Position numbers and translations under genes: made by a program. A stretch of DNA of 64,000 nucleotides from Cyanophora paradoxa CCMP329. Taxonomy: Eukaryota; Plantae; Glaucophyta. Position 1 is the stretch's first letter. Every line of letters begins with the position of its first letter. Of this stretch, positions 12,033 to 22,623 are shown piece by piece. Where the stretch lies: positions 1 through 64,000 of the forward strand of contig QPMI01000151.1 of the NCBI GenBank assembly GCA_004431415.1, read 5' to 3'. Below the pieces are notes generated by a model. The model ran no database searches. It was not told the DNA's origin and saw only the letters and a list, made by a program, of their open reading frames with translations.

Positions 12033-15000
12033 TTGCGGAGACTGAATTCGGGACTTGGCCGGAGTCCGAATTCCGTCCACACGAGAATGTCGAGACCTAC
12101 CCCAAGGGGTGTTACAGCTCCTGGACACCTCAACAACAACTGACATTCCCGATCTCTTCCGTAGCCGCGCAAATCTATGAGAACTTCAAGCCTGTTGTCG
12201 TACCCCGACGCTCGCAACCACGGCGCTACATCTCCCGAGCCCGACGCCTCTACCCGGAGGTCTACCACCGACGACCGCCCGAACCCAACTGCAAGGAGGG
12301 CGAGGCGGCGCATGTTGGCTCCGTCGATGCTGCTGCCGACATCCCGCTATCCCACGAGGCCAGCGAGCGTCTCATGTCGTACGTCGCACGTGTCGTCACC
12401 CCTTACACTGCTCGAACCGGCGATCACTTCAACGACAAGGAGCTCATGGAGCTGGCCAGTTTCTTCGAGCCTCACTTCGCCCGCTTCGACTCCGAGCCGA
12501 TGCTGGTTGGCCCCGCAGTCGGCCCCACGGTGCCCATCGCGTCCGTCAATGCCGACGCTCGAATGGAGCCCCCGTCGAGTGACACTGCGCCTCCTACAAA
12601 GCCATCGCCCGAGACCATCAAGGCGATGGTGGACGCCCTGTTGAAACCATCGGAGTCGAACCCCGACGCCCTTCCCGAGGATCGCACTCAACTCCAGAAC
12701 CTTCTCACGCAACGCCAGCACTGCTTCGCCCAGAACATCAATCCACGCGAGCTCCTGAAGTACAAGCACAGCATCCGACTTCTGCCCGGCGTCCCCGCCA
12801 AGCACCTCCCGCTGTACACCGTCCCTCGCCGGCTCTCTCCGCCTGCGGAGAAGGCTGCGAAGGCGGAAATCGAGAAGCTGCTACGCGACGGTCTCATCGA
12901 GCCTTCGCAAGCTGGTTTCGGCAGCCCCGTGGTGCTGGCACCGAAGAAGGATGGCACGATGCGATTCTGCGTCGACTACAGGAAGCTCAATTCCCTCACG
13001 GAACGTGATGTCTTCCCGTTGCCACGCATTGAGGACCAATTGGAGCGCCTACAGGGTGCGTCCACGTTCTCGACTGGCGACGCAACGTCGGGTTTCTGGC
13101 AGTTGGAACTCGACGAGGAGTCACGTGACCTGACGACATTCATCGTCCCCTGGGGAATGTACAGGTGGAAAGTGACCCCTTTTGGTATCACGAACGGCCC
13201 AGCGGCGTTCTGTCGAGCCGTGACGTCAATTTTGGGCAACCTTTTGTCCACCTGCGTCGTGGCGTACGTCGATGACCTCACGGTCCACTCGCCGAACGTC
13301 AAACAACACCTTCTCGACCTGGAGGCCTTCTTCGCTGCGATCGACCGCGGTAACCTCAAACTCAAGCCCAGCAAATGTCGTTTCATGGTGCGGGAAGTCG
13401 AGCTGCTCGGATTCCGTGTCAGCAGCGACGGCATTCGCATGGACCCCAAGAAGGTTGAGATCATCTCCAAGATCACGGCGAACGAACTCCAGACTGTCGA
13501 GCAACTCCGCAGTTTCCTCGGCCTCACGGGCTTCTACCGGCGCTTCGTACAGAGTTACGCGCGACGGGAACTTTCCCTGCGAGACCTCCTCACGGACGCA
13601 CTACGAGCCGACCGGCTCAACTTGGTGTGGAATGACGAGGCTCTCGCTGCGTTGGACGACCTCAAGAAGGCGATGTGCGAGGACATTGTGCTGATGCTGC
13701 CCGACTTCACGAAGCCGTTCATCATTTACACGGACTGGAGCAAACGGGCCATGGGAGCGGTGCTCATGCAGGAGGACAAGGACGGCCGCGAGCGCCCGAT
13801 CGCATTCATCAGTCGTACTCTGACAAACATGGAGCGCAAGTACCAATCACCAACGGAGGGCGAATGCATTGCGGTACTCTGGGCGGTTAAGGTCTGGCAC
13901 CACTACTTCGTCTGCGGCCACCCGTTCACGATCCGCACGGATCATTCGGCGTTGCAATGGTTGAAGACACAGGAGCTGGCGAACAACAAGACGCTTGGGC
14001 GCGCGGCCATCGCCCTCAACCACTACAACTACACTATCGAGTACCGCAACGGGCGGTCGAACGTCGTTGCGGACTGCTGCTCTCGCCTTGCGGAGACACA
14101 CGCAGTGTACAAGCCTGGCGGCGCTGACGGCACTGACATCACGACTTCGATACCAGACGGCGCTCACGGGTTCGGTGTGCCCGATGCGGGAGACTACGAC
14201 GATCCACGCGAACTCTACCGCGTCGCCATCCACCGCACCTCCTCGGCCCTGCAACATACTCTGGACGGGCCGGCGTGGATCCCTACTGGGGATAGACGCC
14301 GCGCCACCACGCGACCCGAGCACCTTGCCCCGGCGCCACCGCGCCGAGACCGCGACGACCCTCAGACTTCACGGCGACGTCCAAGGTCGTTGACGCCCGA
14401 CACTCAGCGAGTGCGTGACATCGTCGAGAACGGCGGCCTGGAAGACGTGGAGTCCCAGATCACGCTGGAACGGCTCCACGAGAACGGCGCCCTCTCTGCC
14501 CCCGACGTCGTACCCATGGAAGTTGACACGCCTGCACCGGCCGCAGCGGCAGACGAGGCGGGCGCGACGGCCCCTCCTGCACGGCGACGCCGCGGGGTGA
14601 CGAACCTCGAGCATACACTCGACGGCGCGGCCTGGCTACCGGCCGAGGGTCGCCGCCGCCGACTTCAAGTTCGAGGACAGGAGAGCTCCGCTGACGGGCT
14701 TCAAGCTCGAGGACGGGAGAGCTCGGCCCGGAGGCCTCGGTCTCAGTCACCGGAAGGAGGGGGAGGGGGTACAGACGAGGAGAGCGAGCCGTCAAGACGG
14801 AGCACGGCTTGGAGTGTCCCGCGCCAATACCAGCGACGGCTTGAAAAGGACTACGCTGACCGCCTCGCCAGTGATCGCGACAGACGTTCGCGTGCGGCCC
14901 GAGATCTGCACGAAGCCTCGCGGGAGAGGACGGCGACGACGCTCGAACGGCGACGCCAACTGGCAGAGATGGGCCGTACCCCGTCTGAGATCGACGCGCT

Positions 15001-15675
15001 CGTACCCCTGCCCTCTGTTCGGAACCGAACCCCGGAGGAGCGGCGCAGACGGCGACAATCCCGCAAGGCGCTGAACGCCAAGGCATGCCCCGTACCGCGG
15101 GTGAAGCCTCCCAAGGGCAAGAATTCACGGCAGTCTCGATATGCCATTGCGCCCCCGTCGCATCTCGACGTTGCTGACGAGGAAGAGTACATGCACTTCC
15201 TGCAGCAAGAACGTGACCTCGGTCGTCCGCGACCTGATCCCACTTCTAGCAGCGCTATCGCCCCGCTGGACGAAGGTGAAGGCGCCCAGAATGAGCCGAC
15301 ACACGTTCGCTTGCCGCGTGGCACCGTTGTCATGGACACCTGGAGCGAGGGCCCCCGCCCCCTCGTTGACGTTCCTCCGCCACCGACGATCCGTGAACTT
15401 GTTTCCGATGGGACCGCGGTCATCATGGCTCAGGCTCGTGACCCTCTTTGCCAGATGGTGTTCGCACTTCTTCGCGAGAAGGAGAACCTGGCGCGCTGTC
15501 ACTCCCACTACACTGCTGGTGAACGTGACCCGGAGGTGCTTGGGAGCTGCATTCTCTGCAAGTCTGCACGCGATCGCTTCGCTCGTGAAGCTACTCAGTA
15601 CACGATCGATGAGCAAGATACCGTACTGCGGTTGCCCTTGCTCCCCACTATGCGGCCTCAGATCGTTGTACCCCA
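11726..15675 (+). CDS. pol: Pol: reverse transcriptase and RNase H, followed by a long low-complexity linker
   Basis: SPVVLAPKKDGTMRFCVDYRKLN, DATSGFWQ, PFGITNGPAAF, YVDD (13265-13276), LRSFLGLTGFYRRFV; RNase H IYTDWS...E...RTDH...NVVAD. Confidence 0.95.
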
Positions 15676-16929
15676 GAGTGGCGGGAGAAGATTGTTCACG
15701 CTTACCACGATGACTGGGCTCACCGTGGTGCCCCCATTGTTGCTCGGCGCATCGCCTCACGGTTTTGGTGGCCGGGCATGACGACTGCTGTCCATCGCTA
15801 CGTGAAGACGTGCCGACACTGTCAGTTTGCCAAGGCTCACAAGAAGCCGAAGTCACAATTCACTGTGATCGAGTCTGAGCATCCTGGCGACTTGCGTCAA
15901 GCCGATCACTTCCCTATGGCGCCCTCTGAGAACGGTCGACTTCACCGTTTCACACTTGTGCACATTGACGTCGACGCTTTTACCAAGTACCCTGAGATTT
16001 TGATGCTGACGGAGGCTGATGGTCGTGCCTGTGAGTGGGCTGCACAAACTGTGTACGCGAATCACGGCCCTTGCAAGCGGTATCTCACGGATAACGCCAA
16101 GGTCTTCACGCCTACTAGTCTCTGGGGCAAATTCTGGACTCGCCAGGGTACTCGGTTGATTTACGCTCCCACGTCCCACCAGTCCACGAACGGCGGTGCT
16201 GAGCGGCTTGGTGGCATTTACAAGCGCTTGGTGTATGCTCTTTGCGATGAGAACGGGGAGGACAATTCCCATTGGCCTTTCTATCATTATCGCGTGCTCT
16301 TCGCTCTCCGGACCACGATTCACGCTGCCACTGGTTTTTCACCCGCCGCTCTGCACTTTGGACGAGAATTGATGTTGCCTGGCGATCTTCGTCTCGACCT
16401 CACCCTGCGCGAACCTCACGAAGATCCCGTTTCTCTCTACGATTACGCTTTGTCGGTCGCTCGAGCCGCCCGCGACCAAATCTCTGCCGTCCGAGAACAC
16501 CGCAAACTTTACAACAAGAAGTTGCTTCGCTATGGCACTGGCCGTGAGCCGCATCGTGTTTTCAAGCCTGGTGACAAAGTGTTGTGCTGGATTATCAGCG
16601 CGAAGACCAGTAACGTCAAGCGCACTGGGCCTCGCAATGGTTGGACTGGCCCTTACACTGTCACTGAGGTTCACTCTCACGGTCTTTTGTACACTGTCCG
16701 AGGCGATGACACTTCACTGGTGTATCGCTCGCGCGAGGTTCTCATGCACGTTGATCTCATGATCGCTTTTCACGAGCGTCCTGCCAATGTTCTCGCTCCC
16801 CGCAAAGCCGGTCGCCCTCGCAAGGCCCCCGTGCCTGTGCCGCCCGATCATGAGGTCCCCGTGCCTCCGCCACCTGCCGTTGATCCCGATTCACTTTCCG
16901 ATGATGACACGACGGATGACGAGTCTTGA
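15676..16929 (+). CDS. Integrase (HHCC zinc finger, DDE core, GPY motif, C-terminal AT-hook-like motif), -1 frame relative to Pol
   Basis: The frame upstream of the track's 15778 start reads EWREKIVHAYHDDWAHRG...RFWWPGM...CRHCQ. Core motifs are ADH, TDN and NGGAER, followed by WTGPY and RKAGRPRK. Confidence 0.92.
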   Translation, partial: EWREKIVHAYHDDWAHRGAPIVARRIASRFWWPGMTTAVHRYVKTCRHCQFAKAHKKPKSQFTVIESEHPGDLRQADHFPMAPSENGRLHRFTLVHIDVDAFTKYPEILMLTEADGRACEWAAQTVYANHGPCKRYLTDNAKVFTPTSLWGKFWTRQGTRLIYAPTSHQSTNGGAERLGGIYKRLVYALCDENGEDNSHWPFYHYRVLFALRTTIHAATGFSPAALHFGRELMLPGDLRLDLTLREPHEDPVSLYDYALSVARAARDQISAVREHRKLYNKKLLRYGTGREPHRVFKPGDKVLCWIISAKTSNVKRTGPRNGWTGPYTVTEVHSHGLLYTVRGDDTSLVYRSREVLMHVDLMIAFHERPANVLAPRKAGRPRKAPVPVPPDHEVPVPPPPAVDPDSLSDDDTTDDES

Positions 16930-18049
16930 ATCACAGCCCGTACTGCGGTTTACCGGATTCACTTCCGTTGTCGATGACGTGCCCTTCACTGGGATGTGGC
17001 TTGCGAGTTTCGGGAATTCTCTCTTGGCGCTGGGTCAGCGGCTGATCACTGCTGCCTGGTTTGCCCTCAACCAAATGCGCAGCTCTACATCTCTTCTGAT
17101 CCAGCCGCGTGGAAGCGTCTGTGAGGACCTGGAGAGCTGTTGCCGATAGGGTTTCCTAGCCGTTAGTGCTTCGTTTGCACTTCGTTCGCAGTAGTACCGT
17201 GACTTGACCCGCGGCTTCTCGCGATTTCCTGAGTCACTGTACCCCTGTACGAAGATGCGACCCTAGCTACTTTTTCTGACTCTAGCTTGATACTTTCCGG
17301 TAGCCGTGTCCTAGGGTACACAGTAGTCTGTGATTAGCAGCTTTCTCTTGCAACGTGACAGCCTGCTCGCCTGCTGCTGGTACGCTACGGGAAGGTTGCT
17401 AAGGTCTACTGGGACGTATAAAACCTCCTAAAACACTCCTCCCGGACTCGTGGTCGTACCCGTCGCCGGCTTGCCGAGCCTACGGCTCCTTCTACTTCCC
17501 CCCGGCGGTTTGCCGGGCCGGACCCTCCGGCCTTTGTTCTTGATACCGGACTGCCGCCTTTGCCTTCGTCTTCTGCTTCGCTGGTCGCGATCGTATCCCG
17601 CCGGCGCCGGCGTACTTCTTCGTCTTCTAGTTTAGTTCGGTCTGGTTCGGATTCTGATCGTAGTGTTGATGCTAGAGTTAGTTTCAATACTAGCTATAGT
17701 CCTCGTGCTCGACCTGTTGTTCGCCGTCGTTTGCAGTTCGATTGCCCGCCTCGAGCCCGGCCGGCTTTAGTGATTCCTTTGACTGTCCTTTTGCCTGCTC
17801 TTGATCCGCCTGCTCCGCCTCCTGTGTCCTCCTCGACCTCGTGCCGTAGCTCTGCCCTTTCGCATCGTCCTGCTTCGCCTCCGCCTCCATGTCGTCTTGT
17901 TGTTCCTCTTACTTGTCTTCTTCCTGTTATTTATCTTTCTCAATTTTGTCCCCCGCTTCTTAGTGATGTAATTCCTTCTGATATTGATGGTATCTCTAGC
18001 TCTGGCTCTTCTTCGTGTCAGTTATCCTCTGTCCCTAGATCTGCTCGAT

Positions 18050-18246
18050 TTATCGTCTCTTCTCGCTATCGATCTGTCTCGAGCTCTGTGTCTTTCCTTT
18101 TTTATTGTCGATTTTGGCTCTTTGTCTTATCTTTCTTCGTGCTCTTGTCTTAGTTTTTTTGCTTTTTTGTCTTTATGCCCCCTGGGCAGCCCCCGCAGTG
18201 CTGGTGTCTAGAGACTGTGGCCGGTAATTCACCAAAAAAAAAACCG
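18050..18246 (+). repeat. 3' terminal segment of the giant element (reference copy of a dispersed repeat)
   Basis: Pyrimidine-rich tract then GCCCCCTGGGCAGCCCCCGCAGTGCTGGTGTCTAGAGACTGTGGCCGGTAATTCACC(A)10CCG. Homologous to 47791-47844, 52666-52828 and 58346-58483. Confidence 0.85.
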
Positions 18247-18863
18247 CGGCACTAATTATAACGCCGCCAGCTGGCGCCGCCGCGGCCCGCCGGCCGCCGC
18301 CGCGTTATGCTGGTAAACGGTTGCGATCAAGATTTCGCTTACCAAAAAAAAGATCTCTATATACTATATAGCTGCAATATTTTCCATACATAAATCATTG
18401 AAATCTAACGACTAACCGCAGGACTTGCGCGCAGGCTCGCGGCGGCCACTGCAGCTGCAGTTCCAGTTCCGCAGCGCCCGTCCCCCCGCGCCCCTTGTCC
18501 CCGTGCGCGCGCTCCACGCCCGCACGCCGTCCCCCGATGTGTGCGCTCCCCGCGCCGCGCTCCCTCCGCGGCCCCCCGCGCCCCGGCTCTGATGCCCCCC
18601 GCGGGCCCCACCGGTCCGCCGCGCCCCTTGCCCATCCTCAAGCCCCCCCGCCGCGCTCCTCGCCTTCCCCCCCCGCCCTCGGTGCGCGCCCGGCGACCTT
18701 CAAAATCCAATCCATCAATCGATGCGCTTCCGGCTCTATAGCTAGATCTGCTCGCTTTTGTGGATACCCATGATATTTACCGGCCATGCATGTGGCGAGT
18801 AGTGGTGCTTTTCGAATCTGACCGGGCCGCGGCCGGGCCGGCACCCGCGCCGGGCGATCGCAG

Positions 18864-21800
18864 CTGCCGCACACGCTGAAGCTGGACGACCACTTCGACT
18901 GCGGCGAGCTGCGCCGCCTCGCCGACGCCGGCAGCGCCGTGCGGCCCGGCCCGCCCCTAAATATGATGCTTATGCTTGCATGCGCAGCCATAATACGATG
19001 CTTATAATTATTATGCTTGCAGCTATATATAGTACGATAGGCTCTCTAAATACAAAGCCTGCGCCGCGCGACCCGCCCCGCGAGCCATGCAGATGGCTAG
19101 CGCACATAGGCAGCCCCTTTGGTGCTGCAGCTGGTGCCCAGTGACTGTGGCTAGCGCTGGTGCCGACACGCGGCTCGGCGCACGCGCGCGCAGGTGGCGG
19201 CGCGGCTGCTGGTCTGCCGGCGCCACTGGGACGCCGGGTTCGCCCTCTGGCACGCCGGCCGCATCGCCGAGGCGGTGCGCTGGGTTAATGTTGGGAGCTG
19301 GATCAGAGCTGCAGCAGCTGTGCAGGAGACCTAGGCTTAGGCCTAGGGGCCACCCTCGCTGATTGTGATCGCGATTGCCGGGCCGGCAGGTGCCGCACAT
19401 GGCGTGCGAATTAAAACCTGCGCCGAGCGGCCCGCCCCGCCCCTTAATATGATGCTTATAGTTAAAGCTATGCTATGATAGGCTATGCAGCTGCGCATGC
19501 GCAGGAGATACTCTAAATTAAACCTCGCTGATAGCGATACTGATTGCCGGGCCGGCAGGTGCCGCACATGGCGTACGCGGTGAAGCGCGAGAGCTGCGTG
19601 GCCGTCGTCCCCCAGCCCCTCGAGGGGCGCCTCCTCGTCCGCCCGCGGCCGCCCCCTAAAGTTAATTAGAGAGAAGGAAGTTAAATTAGCGCTCCTACCT
19701 AAGGCTCCTACCTGGTCCGCGAGTATTATTTATGTATCGAGGGCCGCCTCCTCGTCCGCCCGCCCGCCCCCTTTCTTGATATCGATAAATATATCCACTT
19801 GAACGTTATAATTAGCTTCTCCTCGTCGTTATAATACGTTATAATAACTTGAGGGCGCCTCCTGGTCCGCCCGCCCGCCCCTCCCGCCCGCCCGCCCGCC
19901 CCGCCCCCTTAAGCTCTCTTGATATGCGTCCACTTGAACGTTGACTTCCGCCCGCCCCTATCGCCCGCCCGCCCGCCCGCCCCGCCCCTTAAGCTCTCTT
20001 GATATGCGTCCACTTGAACGTTGACTTCCGCCCGCCCCCTATCGCCCGCCCGCCCGCCCGCCCCGCCCCTTAAGCTCTCTTGATATGCATCCACTTGAAC
20101 GTTGACTTCCGCCCGCCCCCGCCCCCCCCCGCCCCCCCCCCTATTCACTCAACCTTCTCGTGATCATGATCGATTCTCGCTTCTGTTGTTCGCGCAGTCG
20201 GAGGTGCGCGGCTTCGCGAGGGAGAACCCGAACGACCCCGACGCCGTCGCTCTCCTCTGCTGCCTCGTGCGCCCCGGCCCCGCCCTCCGGTCTATAATTA
20301 GACGCACAACCTCGTGGTCGGCTGCCTCGTACGCCCCGCTTCGATCTATATTTAGATGCACAATGCATTTTTTCCTTCCGGAAAGCGCCCGCGCCCGTGC
20401 ACGTCGGCAGCCACCTGGTCATCTCGCTCCGATCGGCGCCTCGAGACGGCTCACGGCGCGCGGCCGCGTGCGCAGGACCCGCGGAGCCGGAGCGCGCCGC
20501 TGGTGGCGGCGCAGGCGCGGCGCGCCCTCGCCCTCGCCCCGACGACTGGGCCCTCCACTCGTCCGTCCGGGCCCCGAGCCCCCGCCCCGCCCCGCGGCCC
20601 CGCCCCGCCCCGCCCGCCCCGCCCCGCCCCGCCCCGAGAGAATTTTGAGAGAGGCGCCCGGCGCGGGGCCGCGGTCGCGGCTGACCGCCCGCCCGCCCTC
20701 CGGATCCGCGGCGCGCGCAGGCTGGCGGCGAGCCTGGTGGTCTTCGCTCAGGTCCGTGCCCGCTCGATCGCTCGCGAGCTCTCCAGGGCAGCCGCGTCTC
20801 GCTCTAAATCTCTAGATCTGCTGCCTTCCTCGTATGAAATGATGTTTTACTTAAAGAGACGACGTCATCGAAATCGACGATGCTTTCAATAAGAAGGGGC
20901 CAGCGCCCGCGCCTGACAGCAGGGCCGCGCAGGACTTTGCGGAGGCGGCGCGGCTCCTGCGGCGCGCCCTCGCGCTCCTCGGCGGCCCCGGGCCCCGAGG
21001 CCGACGCCCCCACCGCCCGCCCCTCCTCTTCTTCCTCGGCTCCGCGTGCGCCCCACAAATATTAATGACCACAACTTTATAGCTGCAAATTAGCTGCGTG
21101 TACAATATCCCCCTAGGTCCCAATCAGGCAATACCTTGACCTGTGAGATTATAATAAGCTAGCGAAGAAGAGCTAAGCGGCCTTGAAGAAGAACTAAGCC
21201 CGTGCCCAACTTGAACGAGATACACGAGTTCTAATCACGCGTGTTTCGCGATCGCAGGGAGTCGCGGGTGCCGGGGCGGCGGGCCGAGGGCATCGCCGCC
21301 CTCGAGTCGTACGTCGCCGTCGCCTCCCCGACGACCGGTGCGCCCTTATATTTGATTGTAAGCTAAAGAAAGCTTGAGGGTCATTGACGCTCTAAAGAAA
21401 GCCTCAGTTCGAGAAATCAGAGGGCTAGGGAATTTATAATATATAACGTTAACATGAATTCCTTGGCGCAGGGAGTTTGCGGAGGGGCACTTCCAGCTCG
21501 CGTACCACTGCATGCAGGAGGCGAGATCTAGATGCCGCCTCCGATGCCGCTTCTTCTTCTTATTTCGAGGGTCGGCATCGCTGATCCGCTGTTGAACGTT
21601 GACAGGGGCGCCCCGCGGACGCCGTCCGTTGGTACGAGAAGGGGCTGGTGAGCCCCGCCCTCGACACTGACTTCCTTATATACATAATTTGTTATCCTAT
21701 GCAACCTTCCCTTATGATAACTTATATAATGGAGCTGGTGAGCCCGGGCATGGCCCCCGGGCATAATCCTTGAGCTTTGCGGCTGGCGTATACAATCGCC

Positions 21801-22623
21801 TTCAGCTTTGTCCTCGGCGGTCCCAATCGCCTTGAGCCTTAATTTTATGCCCGCCCGTCCTGGGACTATGTCTAGACCAGGCCCAGGCCCTTATGTTATG
21901 TGATTAATAAGCTCTTATAATTCAATTATGCCCGGCCGGCCCGCCTGATCTTCAGCTTATGTTATGTGATTCTCGCAGGAGGCGGAGCGGGGCGTGCTGC
22001 GCGTCTTCTCCGCGGCCGGCCTCTGCGACTCGCGCTTCAAGGCGACCCTCCAGGGCGCTCTCGCCGGCCTCCGCGCCCAGGCGAGGGCGGGCGCGGGCGG
22101 ACGCCGCAGCGCGGCCGCCAACGCCACCGGCGCCACCGCCGGCGCCGGCGGTGGCGCCGCGGGCCAGGATGAGCGCCCTCGCGCCCAGGCGAGGGCGGCC
22201 CGTGGCCGGGATCGTGATCAAGATCAGCACCAGGCGAGCGCGAGCGGACGCCGCAGCGCGGCCGCCGCCAGCGCCGGCGGCGGCGCCGCCGCCGCGGCCC
22301 AGGATCAGGATCGTGATCAAGGGAACTGCGAGCGCGCCGACGCCCAGGCGGGCGTGCAGGCGTCCGCCCACCGCAGCGCGCCCGCGGGCCATGATGATCA
22401 GGACCCGGACGAGGGGAACTGCGCGGCCTGCGGCGCCATCGGCTCCTCGCTCCGCTGCGGCCGCTGCCGGTGCGCGCTCGCTAAATCTTGGCCATGGGTC
22501 TGATTGGTATTAATATTGCGTGCGACAAACCTTCGACTCAGATCGGAGTTCTACTGCTCGCCGGACTGTCAGCGCGCGCACTGGCGGGAGCACAAGGCGG
22601 CTTGCCGCCCCGCCGCTTACTAA
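18864..22623 (+). CDS. Multi-exon zinc finger MYND domain protein (5' end uncertain)
   Basis: The last exons give CAACG...LRCGRCR / SEFYCSPDCQRAHWREHKAAC (MYND consensus) with TAA at 22621-22623. Short upstream exons are flanked by cag/gt. Confidence 0.75.
19620..20125 (+). repeat. Intronic tandem repeats (~80-bp unit x3 plus degenerate copies of the exon end)
   Basis: TTAAGCTCTCTTGATATGCGTCCACTTGAACGTTGACTTCCG at ~19909, 19989 and 20070. GAGGG(C)GCCTCCT.GTCCGCCCGC at ~19622, 19739 and 19851. Confidence 0.85.

Larger units (their letters stand above)
1..18246 (+). mobile_element. Giant Ty3/Gypsy-type retrotransposon (>18 kb, 5' end outside window), many frameshifts, atypical 3' terminus
   Basis: Domain order is Gag zinc knuckles, protease (DTG), RT (YVDD), RNase H, integrase (HHCC, DDE, GPY), all on +. 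No introns are evident, unlike the flanking host genes. The right end is set by homology to other copies of the terminal motif. Confidence 0.9.

Noticed and set aside
15778-15781. ATGA stop/start overlap suggesting a separately translated integrase
   Set aside because: The HH half of the HHCC finger lies upstream in the same frame. Adding one C to the CCCC run at 15671-15674 gives IVVPPEWREKIVHAYHD, so this is a 1-bp frameshift rather than coupling.
16930-17421. Degenerate Cys/His (PHD-like) domain continuing the integrase frame
   Set aside because: Nine stops in ~165 codons is about random expectation and the Cys/His spacing is not convincing.
18215-18243. tRNA primer-binding site on the minus strand (TGGTGAATTACC...) or a poly(A) tail
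   Set aside because: It is in the wrong orientation and position for a PBS and matches no tRNA 3' end I recognise. The A-run is followed by a conserved CCG in two copies, so it is internal.
18177-18246. Hammerhead or HDV-like ribozyme
   Set aside because: No CUGAnGA/GAAA core, and I could not fit the HDV nested pseudoknot on either strand.
19880-20125. CRISPR-like repeat array
   Set aside because: Units are adjacent with near-identical spacers, in a eukaryotic intron, with no cas genes. It is a minisatellite.
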